A DNA stretch of 63,547 nucleotides, the filler included, from Collodictyon triciliatum (Eukaryota): the NCBI GenBank assembly GCA_043381765.1. It is 11 parts of 11 records of this genome, joined end to end, with 100 filler letters (N's around TTAATTAATTAA, not from the genome) between each part and the next. Parts side by side here need not be neighbours in the genome. Positions count along the whole stretch, not along the records: positions 34,733 to 40,416 come from JBHJMP010005019.1; positions 40,517 to 46,200 come from JBHJMP010005020.1; positions 46,301 to 51,987 come from JBHJMP010005021.1; positions 52,088 to 57,769 come from JBHJMP010005022.1; 7 more parts are not named here. The stretch is one strand, 5' to 3'. The notes under the pieces are model-generated. The model saw nothing but the letters and a program-made list of their open reading frames with translations. It had not been told where the DNA came from and made no database searches. The translations under genes and the position numbers were made by a program. Positions 39,037 through 52,199 of the stretch are shown piece by piece. How positions within the stretch are numbered: the stretch's first letter is position 1; the number at the start of each line of letters is the position of its first letter.

Positions 39037-40096
39037 ATGCTGGAGGTGCTTTGAGTGCCCCATTTGTTCAACGTCACTGTCTCAACTCCATCGCTCAGAA
39101 AGCGGTTCTACAAAAGCAATATTTTATTTCAGCTGTTCATTCTGTCGATGGAATTCACTTTGTTTGGATATTTATTCAGATTCTATGGAAGGCCTTGTTT
39201 GTATGTTTTTTCTTTCTTTTTTATTCATTAAGAATAATCATTGGCAGAAATATGTCACATTTTCATAATTTTCTCACCCTGAACCGCATGAAAATATGCT
39301 ATATGGTTTGCCTTCTGTTTTCCGTGTGATATCTTAGTGTTATGTATTCGCAATGAAAAGGACGTTAGTGCCATCAGTGAAGTAATTCCATTAATTTGCA
39401 CCATTCTCTTCTATAAGAAAAACAAAGTATCGCGCCTAAGTATGATTTTATTTGTTCCATGTAAACTATTTTAAAGAGGGAGAAAAATATACCCACAGTT
39501 CAACTCGAAAGTGGATCAGTTCCAACAGTCAGCAAAGATTTCTATGAGAGAAAAATCACAAAAATCATCTCTTGTCAGGCAGCCGAGACAAAAAGCGGAC
39601 GGGAAACATGAGCACTCTCTCAATATATCTGCAGTAAATTACACTATATGACACACTTATCTATTTTGCAATTAAATGCAGAACAGGATAACAAAATATG
39701 TCGTGTTTGTTTTATATTTAGGAAGTATTGCCCGAACCAGTCAAAATAGAAGCTACTAAACCCATGCCAATCGAAGAGGATGACGTTAGAAAAGCAGCGA
39801 ATCATTATGGCACTTTTCCTATCGATATTCTTTCGGGTTTATCTGACTCGGCTCTGTGGGATTTATATCCTGAGGTGCTGGAAAATCTCGGCATTGATAT
39901 TGCACAAGAGTCTGAAGAGATGACTGCAACGGACCCGCATGCCCAAACGGAGAGCTATTTTGAAACTCAAGACGGTAATTTGATATATGAATTATCAGCG
40001 CGACTAATTAAAATCTGACATACCCCTCATTGATGCAATAGCTTCGTCTGGGCTCCAGAGGTGTATGCAACCATCATTTCGCACGCTTCTTAATCG
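39037..40096 (+). CDS. DCTN4: Dynactin subunit 4 (p62), internal fragment
   Basis: The exon at 39037 reads CWRCFECPICSTSL...FYFSCSFCRWNS, matching the p62 Zn-binding pattern CFDCP.C...Y.L.C..CRW.S. A later exon reads LQRCMQPSFR. The ORF track shows the wrong frame here. Confidence 0.8.
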
Positions 40097-40156
40097 GTGG
40101 GATTCATTCATTATTTATATTATCCGTCATTTTCTCTTTTTTTTCTCTCTCTCTCT

Positions 40157-40205
<49 letters not shown>

Positions 40206-40627
40206 CTCTCTCTTTTTTTTCTCTCTCTTTTTTTTTCTCTCTCTTTTTTTTTCTCTCTCTTTTTTTTCTCTCTCTCTTTTTTTTTTCTCTCTCTTTTTTT
40301 CTCTCTCTCTTTTTTTCTCTCTCTTTTTTTTCTCTCTCTCTCTCTCTCTTTTTTCTCTCTCTTTTTTTTCTCTCTCTTTTTTTTCTCTCTCTTTTTTTTC
40401 TCTCTCTTTTTTTTCTNNNNNNNNNNNNNNNNNNNNNNNNNNNNNNNNNNNNNNNNNNNNTTAATTAATTAANNNNNNNNNNNNNNNNNNNNNNNNNNNN
40501 NNNNNNNNNNNNNNNNAAAAAGAAAAAAGAAAAAAGAAAAAAGAAAAAAGAAAAAAGAAAAAAGAAAAAAGAAAAAAGAAAAAAGAAAAAAGAAAAAAGA
40601 AAAAGAAAAAAGAAAGGAGGAACAAAC

Positions 40628-43600
40628 CCCTGTCATACAACCAAATATCACGGAGAAAGTTGTTCGCTAAGCCACATGTGGAGCCCCCATACATCCCAAT
40701 TAGATTAAATTCCATTACAAAAATAGACGAGTTCTTCCTTGGCTTGGGATAAACAGCATAGCCATTGTTCCTCCATTTTAGGGCACCTAATCCACAAAAA
40801 GTCGAAAGACACATTTTTATTAATACTAGTGGTAAACATAATGTGATGGCAGTCTGATAGCCGGGGTAACGAATATAACTTCATGGACCTAAATCCCATA
40901 TCCATGAGTCGTCGAGGGTACATCCTGAGCCGTAAGCAGATCCACTCGTGATGACTAAATGATTCCTTTGGATTGAAGCAGACGCACCATACTTTGGCAT
41001 AATAATATTTGATTCGGTATTTTGACTGAAATCTTCAATATGCTCTAGGCTCTGTCGCTCTACTCGATATAAAAGACCAAGGCCATTTTAATATTACCCA
41101 TTAAAAAAATGAAACACAGAAGTTTTTTAAATTTAAAATTAAACAACAACAAAAAACAGAGAATGAACTAATTTCAAGTGATCTAACCTAAATCATATAC
41201 GACAATCCTGGAAAGGACGCCATTGTTTGAAATCCCCCCAAATATGACTAATATATTATTTGATTGCGAAAAAGCTCCCTTTTGGTGTCTTATATCAGCA
41301 TGGTTCGGTATATCGAGCCGACACACAGGTTTAGAAATCTTAAGCTTACTCCATATCCTTGATGCTGGTGCACAACAAGAGAAAATGTCACATTATGAAT
41401 AAGTGTATCTTATAATTTTAACAAAGCTTGGATAATTCGTATTTTCAAAATATCAGAAATAAAATGCTTACTCATGTTAAGCATTTCAATAGAGTCAGTC
41501 TCGGTATCTCCGTTAAAGCCCCCTATAAAAATCCATGCATCCAAGTATATTCCATGCGATGCATATGCCAAATAAGGGGCATTATCACTCCGTAAGGAAG
41601 AAATTCTAGAGGAACCTAAATGAGGGGAGCGGGGAAATAATAATATGATATCAATTCATCCTGACATTTAGTAATATCATATCATAATTAAAATGGTACT
41701 GCAAAATACGCCCAATTTTATCGAGCCTACTCCAGCTCAGCCTATCACATTACGTTACTCTATCAACACCATCAATTTTAGAAAAATAGTCACGAACTTG
41801 GGTCGAAAAGTCTTGTTTGATTGATAACTTGTCCGGCCTGTGGACGATGATGAAATGTGTTATAAAATATGTCACTTCTCCTTTGCTTTTACTTAGCTTA
41901 CTTATTTATTTTAAAACCATAATTGATATCATAGCAATTGTATGGGGAAATTAGAATGTAAATGCCATAATTTGGATCGAATGAAAAAGGTACTTAAATT
42001 ACATACGTTGATTCCACCATGTAAAATGATCATATTTCTCCATCTAGTGCACATAATGCCCTCTCCTCCAACCACTATATTTAACGGGACCCATTCAAAA
42101 CCTTCAGGATCAAAAGCGTATACTGCGCTGTCTGATGAAGTTCTCAAACTGCCACCAAATATATAGATGAATTTCGAGAAGGAAACAGCACAAAAGCCAA
42201 AGCGACCAGAAGGGGTGCTTCCTGTAGATGACTTCATTCTCCATCGGTACTGATCTAACAATAACAAATATATAATACGCTTAGTTTTTTCTCTCCACTA
42301 AGCCACAGATGCATGAAAACGATCCCTAACCCCGCTGTGTGCATCACATCCAAAGAAAAATCAAATACATAGCATAAAAAAAAGGCAAACAAAGAATTCA
42401 TAGGCGATGATATAAGGAATGATATTATTTTTTCCCCATAGAATTTGAGCATGGAAGCTAAAAACAAAACAAAACAAAACAAAACAAAACAAAACAAAAC
42501 AAAACAAAACAAAACAAAACAAAACAAAACAAAACAAAACAAAACAATACAAAAACAACAAAATGATTTAAAATCGAATTATGCATGAAAAAGAAAGTAA
42601 ATTAAACCAGGGTCTGAAGTGTAGAAAATGGTATCCATGGACAAGTATTTCTCATAATCATAATAGGTGGTCTTTGACCCTCCAAGCACATAAAGATGGC
42701 CATCGTGCACAACAGAAACTCCGAGATGTCGAGATGGAGGCCATGCCACTTCTTACAGTTTCATATTTCTGATTAGATAAATTTTGCACAGTGCGAGGAA
42801 ACATACTTTTAAAAATACTGATTAGACCATGAATTGTAATATGGTACCTGAGCTATTACCATCGTCTTGATTATTCTGGCAGGTGGTCTAAGAAAATCAT
42901 ATGATTATTATCGGTTGGTATACGGGTTTTATAATGAACCCTGATATTGACACCAATTTTTTTTCAAAAAATCACACCTGGTTCACTGAGTGCGTAATCG
43001 TAGATGATGAACATGGTAAACAATCGCCATTGAATGTAATGAATGACCCCTCAGGACAGAAGCATGCATCACTCCATTCAAAACCGAATGGACATGCTAC
43101 ATAGTAGCCACATAAAGATCACAATTAAACAAATTCAAATCATATTCATATAGGGTCATATTATGTCTGGAATATATGGAACCTATAAGGAGTAATTCGA
43201 ATCCCTGATGACTTCGAATACCGGGAGCTACCTCAAGAACAATTTGAATGACAGTTTGGTTTGTTTTCAGAACATAGTCAGCAGGCACACTTGATAAATC
43301 AAACTACAATGTGCGTCGCAAGGGACAGTGTTAAACTCACAATAAAGTCTAATGCCCATGATAACCATTTTAATGAAAATTAAGTCAACCTGATTTAAAG
43401 GTTGAAAGAAAACTTCTCCTCTGGAATCCTCGCATAATACGCCTGTGTATAATTTTAAGGACGAGCCATCTCCAATATCGACATGTTTTACCTATTTATC
43501 AAGTTTGTAATTGTATAATTATTTGTTCCCCATAATTAGACAAATAAGAATGATATACTTGAATAAAACTTGACTCAAGGACCCTCCAGGTACATGATGA

Positions 43601-46011
43601 TTCGGGTATAATATCATATGGTCCGCTACCGTCATCCAGTAAAATGTTTTCATCCATACTAATAACCGAAAAGGACTTGCAGAAAGCTATATTCATAATT
43701 TTCTCATTTAGAATTCTTACGAGTTATAGTGATGCTTGGTTGTCTCTATATATTATAAAGATGACTTTTTTGACATAATATAGCGAAAGGATATCTTCAT
43801 GGAAATGCACTAAATAAAAAGTTTTTTTTTCCTTTTAGACTTTGACCTAAATTAGCTCTTGATATTCCTCTCCTCATTATACCGGGGCCAAAGACGCCAT
43901 CAGGGTTCATTCCTATATACCATTTTCCTCTTATGGCGTGCGAGAGCCATATTTCTTGAGGAGGTAATGCAAACGAAGTCGGAGGTAACAAAGAACAGAC
44001 TTCCTTGTCTGCAATTTCAATACCAGAGTGAGCAGAAATTCAACATATTTACTAGTAATTTTAAACGATGGCTTTATCTTGATGGATGAAAAAGGAAATT
44101 AAACGAGTACCTAAATCATAAAGAAATAAAGATGAATTTTCCCCTTCCATCGATCTACCCGCATAGAGAAAAAGATATCTTTTGTATACAATAGCCATAA
44201 AAGACAGACCACGACATGTGTCTGAAATAGCTGAGGTCAACCCCCAAATGTTTTTGTCTATTTTATTCATCAAAATAAATTAAAAATAGTTGAATTACTA
44301 TCACGCATGTAAAAGCCGGGAATAAAAAACACACCACTTTCTATTGAAAATGCCCAACATGTAAAGTTCTTGAATGATTTGAGGACTTCTTTTTTTTTTT
44401 TTTTTTTTTAAGGGAATGAAAACCTCATAAGATAATTTAATGATTACCTAACGAATAGCACCATATGTCAGTAGTCTTAAGACCATCAGGTTCACCTCCA
44501 AATATGCACATTGAATTTGTTTTCGTAAATGTGCCCGCAAAAATTTGGAGCGGAGGTCCAATATTCTCAGGTGTTGATGAATGCCAAAACAGTGTCTTCA
44601 AATTGATAAAGTATATGTCTGATCTAAGAGATATGTGGACAGATGTATCAAATGAGCCTGACCACAAGATGAGATAGTCACCGATTATTGAATACAATCC
44701 TCTTGCTCTATAGAATGGGGAATGCAAAGGCTGAGACCCGAGGTAAGGTTCTATCCAACTTCTCGATGCTAGTAGACGTGCCAACACTTAGAAATGGTTC
44801 AAATAACTCTGTAAAACCTTTTCGCTTATTAAAAAGTAAAATACATCAGCATACGTCTATTTTCAAGATTTTTTTTTTTACTCGTGTTGTATAAATATGC
44901 GGTGAGGCGACTTTTTTCATCGGGTCCCACTCCGCCGAAGATATAGACAGAGCTATTCCAGCATGCCATCATCTTGTAGGAGTTAATTTAATTTTTTTTT
45001 TTGGAGAATTGATCACATTTCAATAAATGAAAAAAATTCTGAAATAAATTGATAAAAACAAACATGATGGGCAACAGGACGAGGATACAATCCACCTTGA
45101 TCAAGGTAATTTGTAGAATAAGGAGATATCAATATCCAATCTTCAGTTTCTTTGTTAGAGACAAAAGATTAGAATTCTAGCGTATTATATGAAGTGAATA
45201 TAGTAGCGAGACAATTTACAGTATATGAGCCTTTGTTTAATTGCATATTTTGAGCTAGGTGAAAAATATTGTTGCAAATATACTTGTATTATACTTCCAG
45301 AGCTCATTCGTATAAAAAGCCAATCCTAGGCTTACTATACCACCATAAATGTAAATATCGTCATCAATTGTACAAGAACTATGCTGGGAGAAATCAAACG
45401 GATGCAGAGGCCAGCTCTTTGGAATCCATGATAGAGTAGCTATTGTCGATAATTTGGTTTGATGAGAAAAACACATTCAGTTGAATTAGGGGTCGTTGTT
45501 TTTTTGTTTTGTTTTTTTTTTTAAAAAAAAGGAATGAATATTGAATACTTACTAAGATTATAGACCCACCATGAAGAGTCAGAATACATTGAAAAGAAAG
45601 AACCGGACAAAACAAGTGATTGATTGACTTGCAGAAGGTTGCCGTAGTTTCGTGGAATAGGTCTATTCCAGTAATCCATGTAATTTTGTGATGGAACATA
45701 TTGCGTAAAATTCACGATTTCATGCAATTCTAGAAGACGTATTTGAAAATTTCAGGAAGTACAAATAAAAGAAACACATAATATTAAGCAGTCCATAAAG
45801 GAGCTTTGCTTGCTGATATATTGTCAGTATTATTGCACACCTAGATCTACGACGCTCATAGTATAGCTAGGTTGCGATCCTAATGTTGCAGATTGAAATC
45901 CAGAATATGTATACATGTATTTATCTACTACGCATGAAAGACCCCGAGAGCTTGGGGGTATAGGCCTGACAACTGAAGATGATAAAGTGATTTGTTCCCA
46001 CGAGTATTTTT
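40628..46011 (-). CDS. Large kelch-repeat protein with a central CUB-like and Cys-rich module (partial at both ends)
   Basis: Many kelch blades (IYIYGG...NELWKYNT; PSGRFGFCAV...IYIFGG). The central part has SSCTWRV...HQGFELLL and CFCPEGSF...CLPC. Phase-1 introns recur at blade ends. Confidence 0.82.
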
Positions 46012-46093
46012 CTATGAATGATTTTTAATTAAAATCGAAAAAAACATAGCATAAGTAACACGGATAATAGTAAAAGCAAAAGTAACACCAGCA

Positions 46094-46200
<107 letters not shown>

Positions 46201-46468
46201 NNNNNNNNNNNNNNNNNNNNNNNNNNNNNNNNNNNNNNNNNNNNTTAATTAATTAANNNNNNNNNNNNNNNNNNNNNNNNNNNNNNNNNNNNNNNNNNNN
46301 ACTACTAATAATACTACTAATAATACTACTAATAATACTACTAATAATACTACTAATAATACTACTAATAATACTACTAATAATACTACTAATAATACTA
46401 ATAACTAATAATACTAATAACTAATAGTTGAAAGGTATTTTTAGTTACAAATGATGTAAATATCTTAC

Positions 46469-48267
46469 TCGAGGTGAATGAACCAAACATAGTTATCCAT
46501 TTGAATTTTGCATCTCTCAAAGATACCTCATTTACTCTATAGTAAATACATTCATTTATATTTACATATATTTGATTATGCACGATAATGATCTTAGTGA
46601 AATATGAAAGACCTGTGCAGAGAGCCTAAAGTGTAAACAATATTATCTTGAGGTCCTTCTAATAAATTCACCTGTATTTCTTTCAGTCTTATGTTCCATT
46701 TTTATTCTTTTTTTTTGTTTTTGCTTTGTCTATATGCCTCAATCTCTTCATTTACAATCCCATTATTTTATACTGTATGGTTTCGTTTGATACAGATGCC
46801 TATAATTCACCATTTCGATACAGATTATTCAAAATTTAATACCAAATCATGAAATAGTCTCCCTAGGAGTGTTTTCTGATTCCTATAAACTTCTTTCTTG
46901 TCATGCTCGGGAGTGATTATGACATCAAAATAGCTCGAATGAGCCCTGGGATGCTGAATCTGTGAATGAATAGCGCGAGAATATGAGACAGTTGCTTTAG
47001 CATGTGGAAATGTAGCTAAATGTAGAAGTATGCATGCGAAAATGATGAACAGGTTTCATGAACTTTTTTTTTTGAGGTTCACAAACACAGCATTACCGAT
47101 AACACATAAAAATATTATTTAAAAGTGGCAAAACATAGAAACAAAAAATAAAAAATAGAGGCCAAGAGATTAGAAGGATAGAAAAGGATAAAGAAAGATA
47201 TAGAAATGAAAGACTTTTAATGTGTTATATCATGAGAACATGCAATAGTAAATATTCCTTCTCTAAAACCTGAATAATTTTCACTGTTCCTTCACTCAAA
47301 ACTTTGAAAAGAAAATTTGCTGGGGCTGTGCGTCGACCTGAGTCATAAACACATCACGCCATAAAGAAAAAGAAGAAAAAGAAAAAAAAAGAAAAAGAAG
47401 AGAAAAAAAAGAAAAAAAAGAAAAAAAAGAAAAAAAAGAAAAAAAAGAAAAGAAAAGAAAAGAAAAGAAAAGAAAAGAAAAGAAAAGAAAAGAAAAAAAA
47501 GAAAAAAAAGAAAAAAAAGAAAAAAAGAAAAGAAAAGAAAAGAAAAGAAAAGAAAAGAAAAGAAAAGAAAAGAAAAGAAAAGAAAAGAAAAGAAAAGAAA
47601 AGAAAAGAAAAGAAAAGAAAAGAAAAGGAAAGAAAAGAAAGTTTCAATTAATGGATATGAAAATGTATAACATTAAAATGATAATATATTAAAACGAATA
47701 ACACAGAATTAATTAAAAATATTTAATATAGGAAATAGTTAAAATTACATAAAACAATAAATCAAAGGAAATAAATAGACCATGTAAGAGATAAAGTATG
47801 GACAAGGTAGAGTCAAAACAGAATAAGATATTGCAAAAGATATTACATATGTAACAACATAAAGAAGAAAAAAAAAGGAGAGTAAGAACCAAGCAAAACA
47901 GACCAGAGGCAACAATGAGGTCGGGCCAGCCCTCCTCCAGACCAACGAGCTCCTCGCCCAGCGCCGGCCGAACAACACCACAGGACACAACCGCCTGCCT
48001 CAGAGGCTGCTGCAGCCCGAGGAGCGACCACCAGGCTGCACCGAGAGCCGCAGAGGGAGACGCTGCAGGCGGGGCAAACAGACGCGCAGACCACCGCAGC
48101 AGAAAAAGATGCGCTGCGCTGGGCAGCAGTCGAAACAGGCCGCGCGGCAGACACGTGATGATCTGCACACGCTCCAAGGCAAGGCGCTCCACAAAGCCCA
48201 GGGATTGATTCAGCGCACCCGCAGTCCCGTCGCTGAGGATCCACGCGCTCTTTGGCAGACGCTGCAT
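46469..48267 (-). CDS. ELM1: Mitochondrial fission protein ELM1 family (3'-truncated)
   Basis: AWILSDGTAGALNQSLG...WPDLIVASG|RRTAPA...IIQ|IQHPRAHSSYFDVIITPEHD...|...TLGSLHR are hallmark ELM1 motifs. Confidence 0.88.
47362..47640. repeat. Intronic (AAAAG)n microsatellite within ELM1
   Basis: Directly visible. Confidence 0.95.
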
Positions 48268-48631
48268 CGGTGCGGAAAGGCTTGGCTTGGCTTGGCTTGG
48301 CTTGGCTTGGCTAGACGGCTCAGACAAGAACGTTTGCGATCACAGTCCTGCCTCTCTTGACCCAACTGCTCCTCCTGGCGTCTTCTACTCTCCCGTTGTG
48401 GGTGGTTCGCTTTCGCTCTTTATACATACGTATGTATCTGCATATGTGTCTGTGTTCTTTCTTGTGCTCTTCTCACCGCCAGCCGGGATTGAGATGACCG
48501 CGGGCAGGGCGAGGCCTTGCCTTTGGGTGGCTTCATACGATGATTGGGGGCAGCGTGCAGCAGGCCGATGTAGAAGGAGAACGAAAGAAACAATCACGGG
48601 GGAATACAAGGGGTGGACGCTGTGGGCCCGG

Positions 48632-49275
48632 CTAATCCTCGAAGCAGAGTGCGCCCAAGGACAACTCTATCCCTTGGCCTTTTACCGCATGGGTTTCGCC
48701 CTGCCTTTGGTTGAACTTCACCACGATGATGGACGTGTTGTCGTGGCTGTCGTTCAGGAACGCACGGTCACGCAGTTTGTACGCGGCAACGCGGGCATCT
48801 GTGCAGCCCCCCAGGATTTCGAATGCCATCTCGTCGTTCACTGTATCCCACAGCCCGTCACTTGCGAGAACTAGCCATTCGTCCATGTCATGCCTGGCAT
48901 AAGTCAGAGATACAAATGAAATCCATCAACGTTATGAGCAATATGCGAATATTGGGGTCTCATTATAATCAAGCAGGAAAATAAGCATGGAATCAATTGT
49001 CACTAGCATCAGACCAGGTCATTTGCTTACCTCCGGATTGTTTCGATTGATGGCTCCCACGTGACGAACGGGTGCAGGTAGAGGTCTCCAAAGCATCTGG
49101 ACATCGAGAGTATCCCAGAGACACGGCCGTCCTCGCTAACAGTGCCCCCATGTGAGCGAATTCTTGCGTGCTCATCTGGAGACTTGAATACACAAACACA
49201 TAGTTTATTTACATATTTTTGAATTTTTGGCACTTGTTTTCCTGAGAAAGTAAGCTGGATGCATGGAATGGTCGA

Positions 49276-49346
<71 letters not shown>

Positions 49347-49473
49347 CCATACAAATGGCTTGTGGTCGGTTGAAATACGACGAGCCCCGTCCCGACGAAA
49401 TAAGACGGCTCTCGAATCTCCCGCATTTGCACAATATATGCTCTCCTCGCCAAGCTGAAGGGAAGATGATTCG

Positions 49474-49510
<37 letters not shown>

Positions 49511-51987
49511 TCGAAGCTCACTGGCCTCCATCACAAGGCAGAGTATGCCATAATACATTACAACATGAAAAGATTTAGCTGGTTGACTGTGTATATTGCT
49601 CACTAAAATGGTCAGCGCTGTACTACCCGAAGAGCTGATGAGCGAGCTGTTAATAGCCTGGCTCATGTCTTGGTATGACCTGATGAATCGATTGAAAGGT
49701 TAAACTACTAGGGAGTAAATAGGACAGGAGAGGCATAAAGAAATAAAAAAAAATCTCGGGAATTACTTCCGTAAGGCGTTCTCAACAACACCCAACATCA
49801 AATTCTGGCCAAGAATCTGTCGTTTAATTTGAATCCATGAGTTTGTGCGGTTTTGGAATGAGGTTTGGAATGCCGAAGTAATGATGGAGTCATTCATATT
49901 CACTCACCACAGGCATCCGCTCTCTTAGCAATTGAGCTGTTTCGTGACCCCCATGACCTTGATTTGATGGTATCAAAATCGTGACTTGAATATGTGGTTA
50001 CAAACGAAACAAAGGAGATGAGGGGACATATAGTAGTTATGTACCGTCGAATACTGCAAAAAAGGTAAACGTGTCGCTGAGTCTCGGAACTATGGAAATG
50101 TAATCTTCCATAAAGCTTTTTCTTCCCATGCACGTGACGAAAGCGACCTGGTGGTTTTTTATTGCTTTAATGGGAAAGAAATTAACAGGCGAGTATATAT
50201 ACAATGAATACGCAAAAATAAGTGTCGGTCGCACCCTTACCTGCACATTAAGAGATGAGGGAATCTCCAGCGCCTCCTCGTGGAGACTGAAACTTGACTA
50301 CATATTCGCATTTATTATCAAAATAGTAGAATAATTTATAATATATTTCTGCAAAAATTAACAAAAGAAGGTATTAATTATACAACGCAGTCACCTCGTT
50401 GAAGGATGCTGCAAGCTTATCAGAAACAGCTATCGTGCTTAATGATAATGGGTTGTGCGATAAATCAAACGTCCTACATACCATAGTGATTTGTCAATAA
50501 AAATGATGAAAAGAGAAAAGAAAACGAGACATCTTAAAGTCTCATCCACTCGAATGTCCCTTCTTTTTTTCTTTAGTCGATTATAATATTTACATTAGCT
50601 TCTGGTTCGGGATTATTGTGGAAGGTAGACTGGATATTAGATTTGATGAGAGGTTCTAAGATAATTATGAATTAGCTATTACTTTCATATTTAAGAGCTT
50701 TTAATGTAATTTTTGTAAAAAATAATTCAACAATGACATTACCAAATGAATGATTTGGTTTGGTTTCAGCCAGACACTCTCTGGAAGCGACGTTAGTTTG
50801 TTTCTTGACAAATCAAGGGCTAATATGCCATTAGTGAACTGTGAATAATGTTGGGTGTTATCTGCGTAATTAAAATATTATCAGGCTTACTAGAAACCCA
50901 TGTGATTGTCTCCATTAGATGGTAAATCTCGTCGCTATTGCACAATGTATCCGCCTGATGTTTATTACGTGAGAATGAAATTATTAATTTTTTACTGATG
51001 ATTTTTTTCACTAAAATATAAATAATATATTATTACCATCCACATAGACTTCATATGTCGGAGGTTTGTCACCTTGGACGGAATGGTCGATAATGGATTG
51101 TGCGCTGTAAATAAAAATAAACATCAGCCGAAAGCGAAGAGCGATGATGTTTTTGAGTGAATATGACATGAATCTTACATAAATGAAGCTCTTGAATGGA
51201 CGCTAGTTTTCCAATACTGTCGGGCAGCATCGAGATGGAATTGTACGATAGATATAGGCGCTTCAATTTTTGTAACCTTATATTAAAGATCATGATAGTC
51301 GTTAGTTTAAAAAAGCTTAAAAAAATTAAACATTATGATATAAATGGAGGTATTTTATTTTCAGATTAAAAATGAGTATGAGATTGGAAAATAAAATAAA
51401 AGAGTAAATACGAGTAAAAAAAAAAAAGAGAGTAAAATGTAAATGTACATAAATTACTACTTACTCCCCAATAGAAAATGGCACATTCGATATATTGTTG
51501 GAGTGAAGATTCAGGGTGAGGAGATTCGTCAGCTCTGAAATAGATTTGGGAATATCCATCAAGGAGTTCTCGCTGACATTTAGTTCCTACAATAAATGGA
51601 AAAGAGGAAATAAATGGCGTATAAGAAAATCGACAATACACCATGTAGAAATACAAAAGTTGAATTCATAATCACTTTAAAATTTTAAAGAAAGTACGTT
51701 GAGGTTTGCGAGTCCTCCAAGCTCTTCTGGTAAATAGGATATCTTGTTACGGGACAGGTTTAGCTTGTACAGTCTATCCATCTTGGCACACATTTGCTCT
51801 GGTATCTTGGCTATTTCGATTCAAGGAATGAGCGTGAAAATCCATCAGATTATGAATTCATGAGAAAAAAAAAGGGAGTTGTTCGAAGTTTTTTTTAAGA
51901 AAATAAAATAAAATAAAAACAGCTCACATAATCCTCCAGCCGTGATTGACACAATGGACAACGTCGAGCCACGGGTAATTTCATCGC
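48632..51987 (-). CDS. LRR plus PP2C (PPM) phosphatase (5'-truncated)
   Basis: About eight LRRs are followed by MED, FDG|HGG, NAGDSR, SRCFGD, LASDGLWD and SHDNTS, so the metal-binding motifs are intact. Confidence 0.92.
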
Positions 51988-52087
51988 NNNNNNNNNNNNN
52001 NNNNNNNNNNNNNNNNNNNNNNNNNNNNNNNTTAATTAATTAANNNNNNNNNNNNNNNNNNNNNNNNNNNNNNNNNNNNNNNNNNNN

Positions 52088-52198
<111 letters not shown>

Positions 52199-52199
52199 C

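Noticed and set aside
43786-43794. Perfect ATATCCTTT on the minus strand in the kelch gene
   Set aside because: It lies inside a canonical phase-1 GT-AG intron (about 43688-43847) and has no suitable U12 branch site.
46960-47059. Signal-peptide-like stretch taken as the start of the kelch gene
   Set aside because: It is ELM1 intron sequence; the following exon IQHPR...TPEHD is ELM1.
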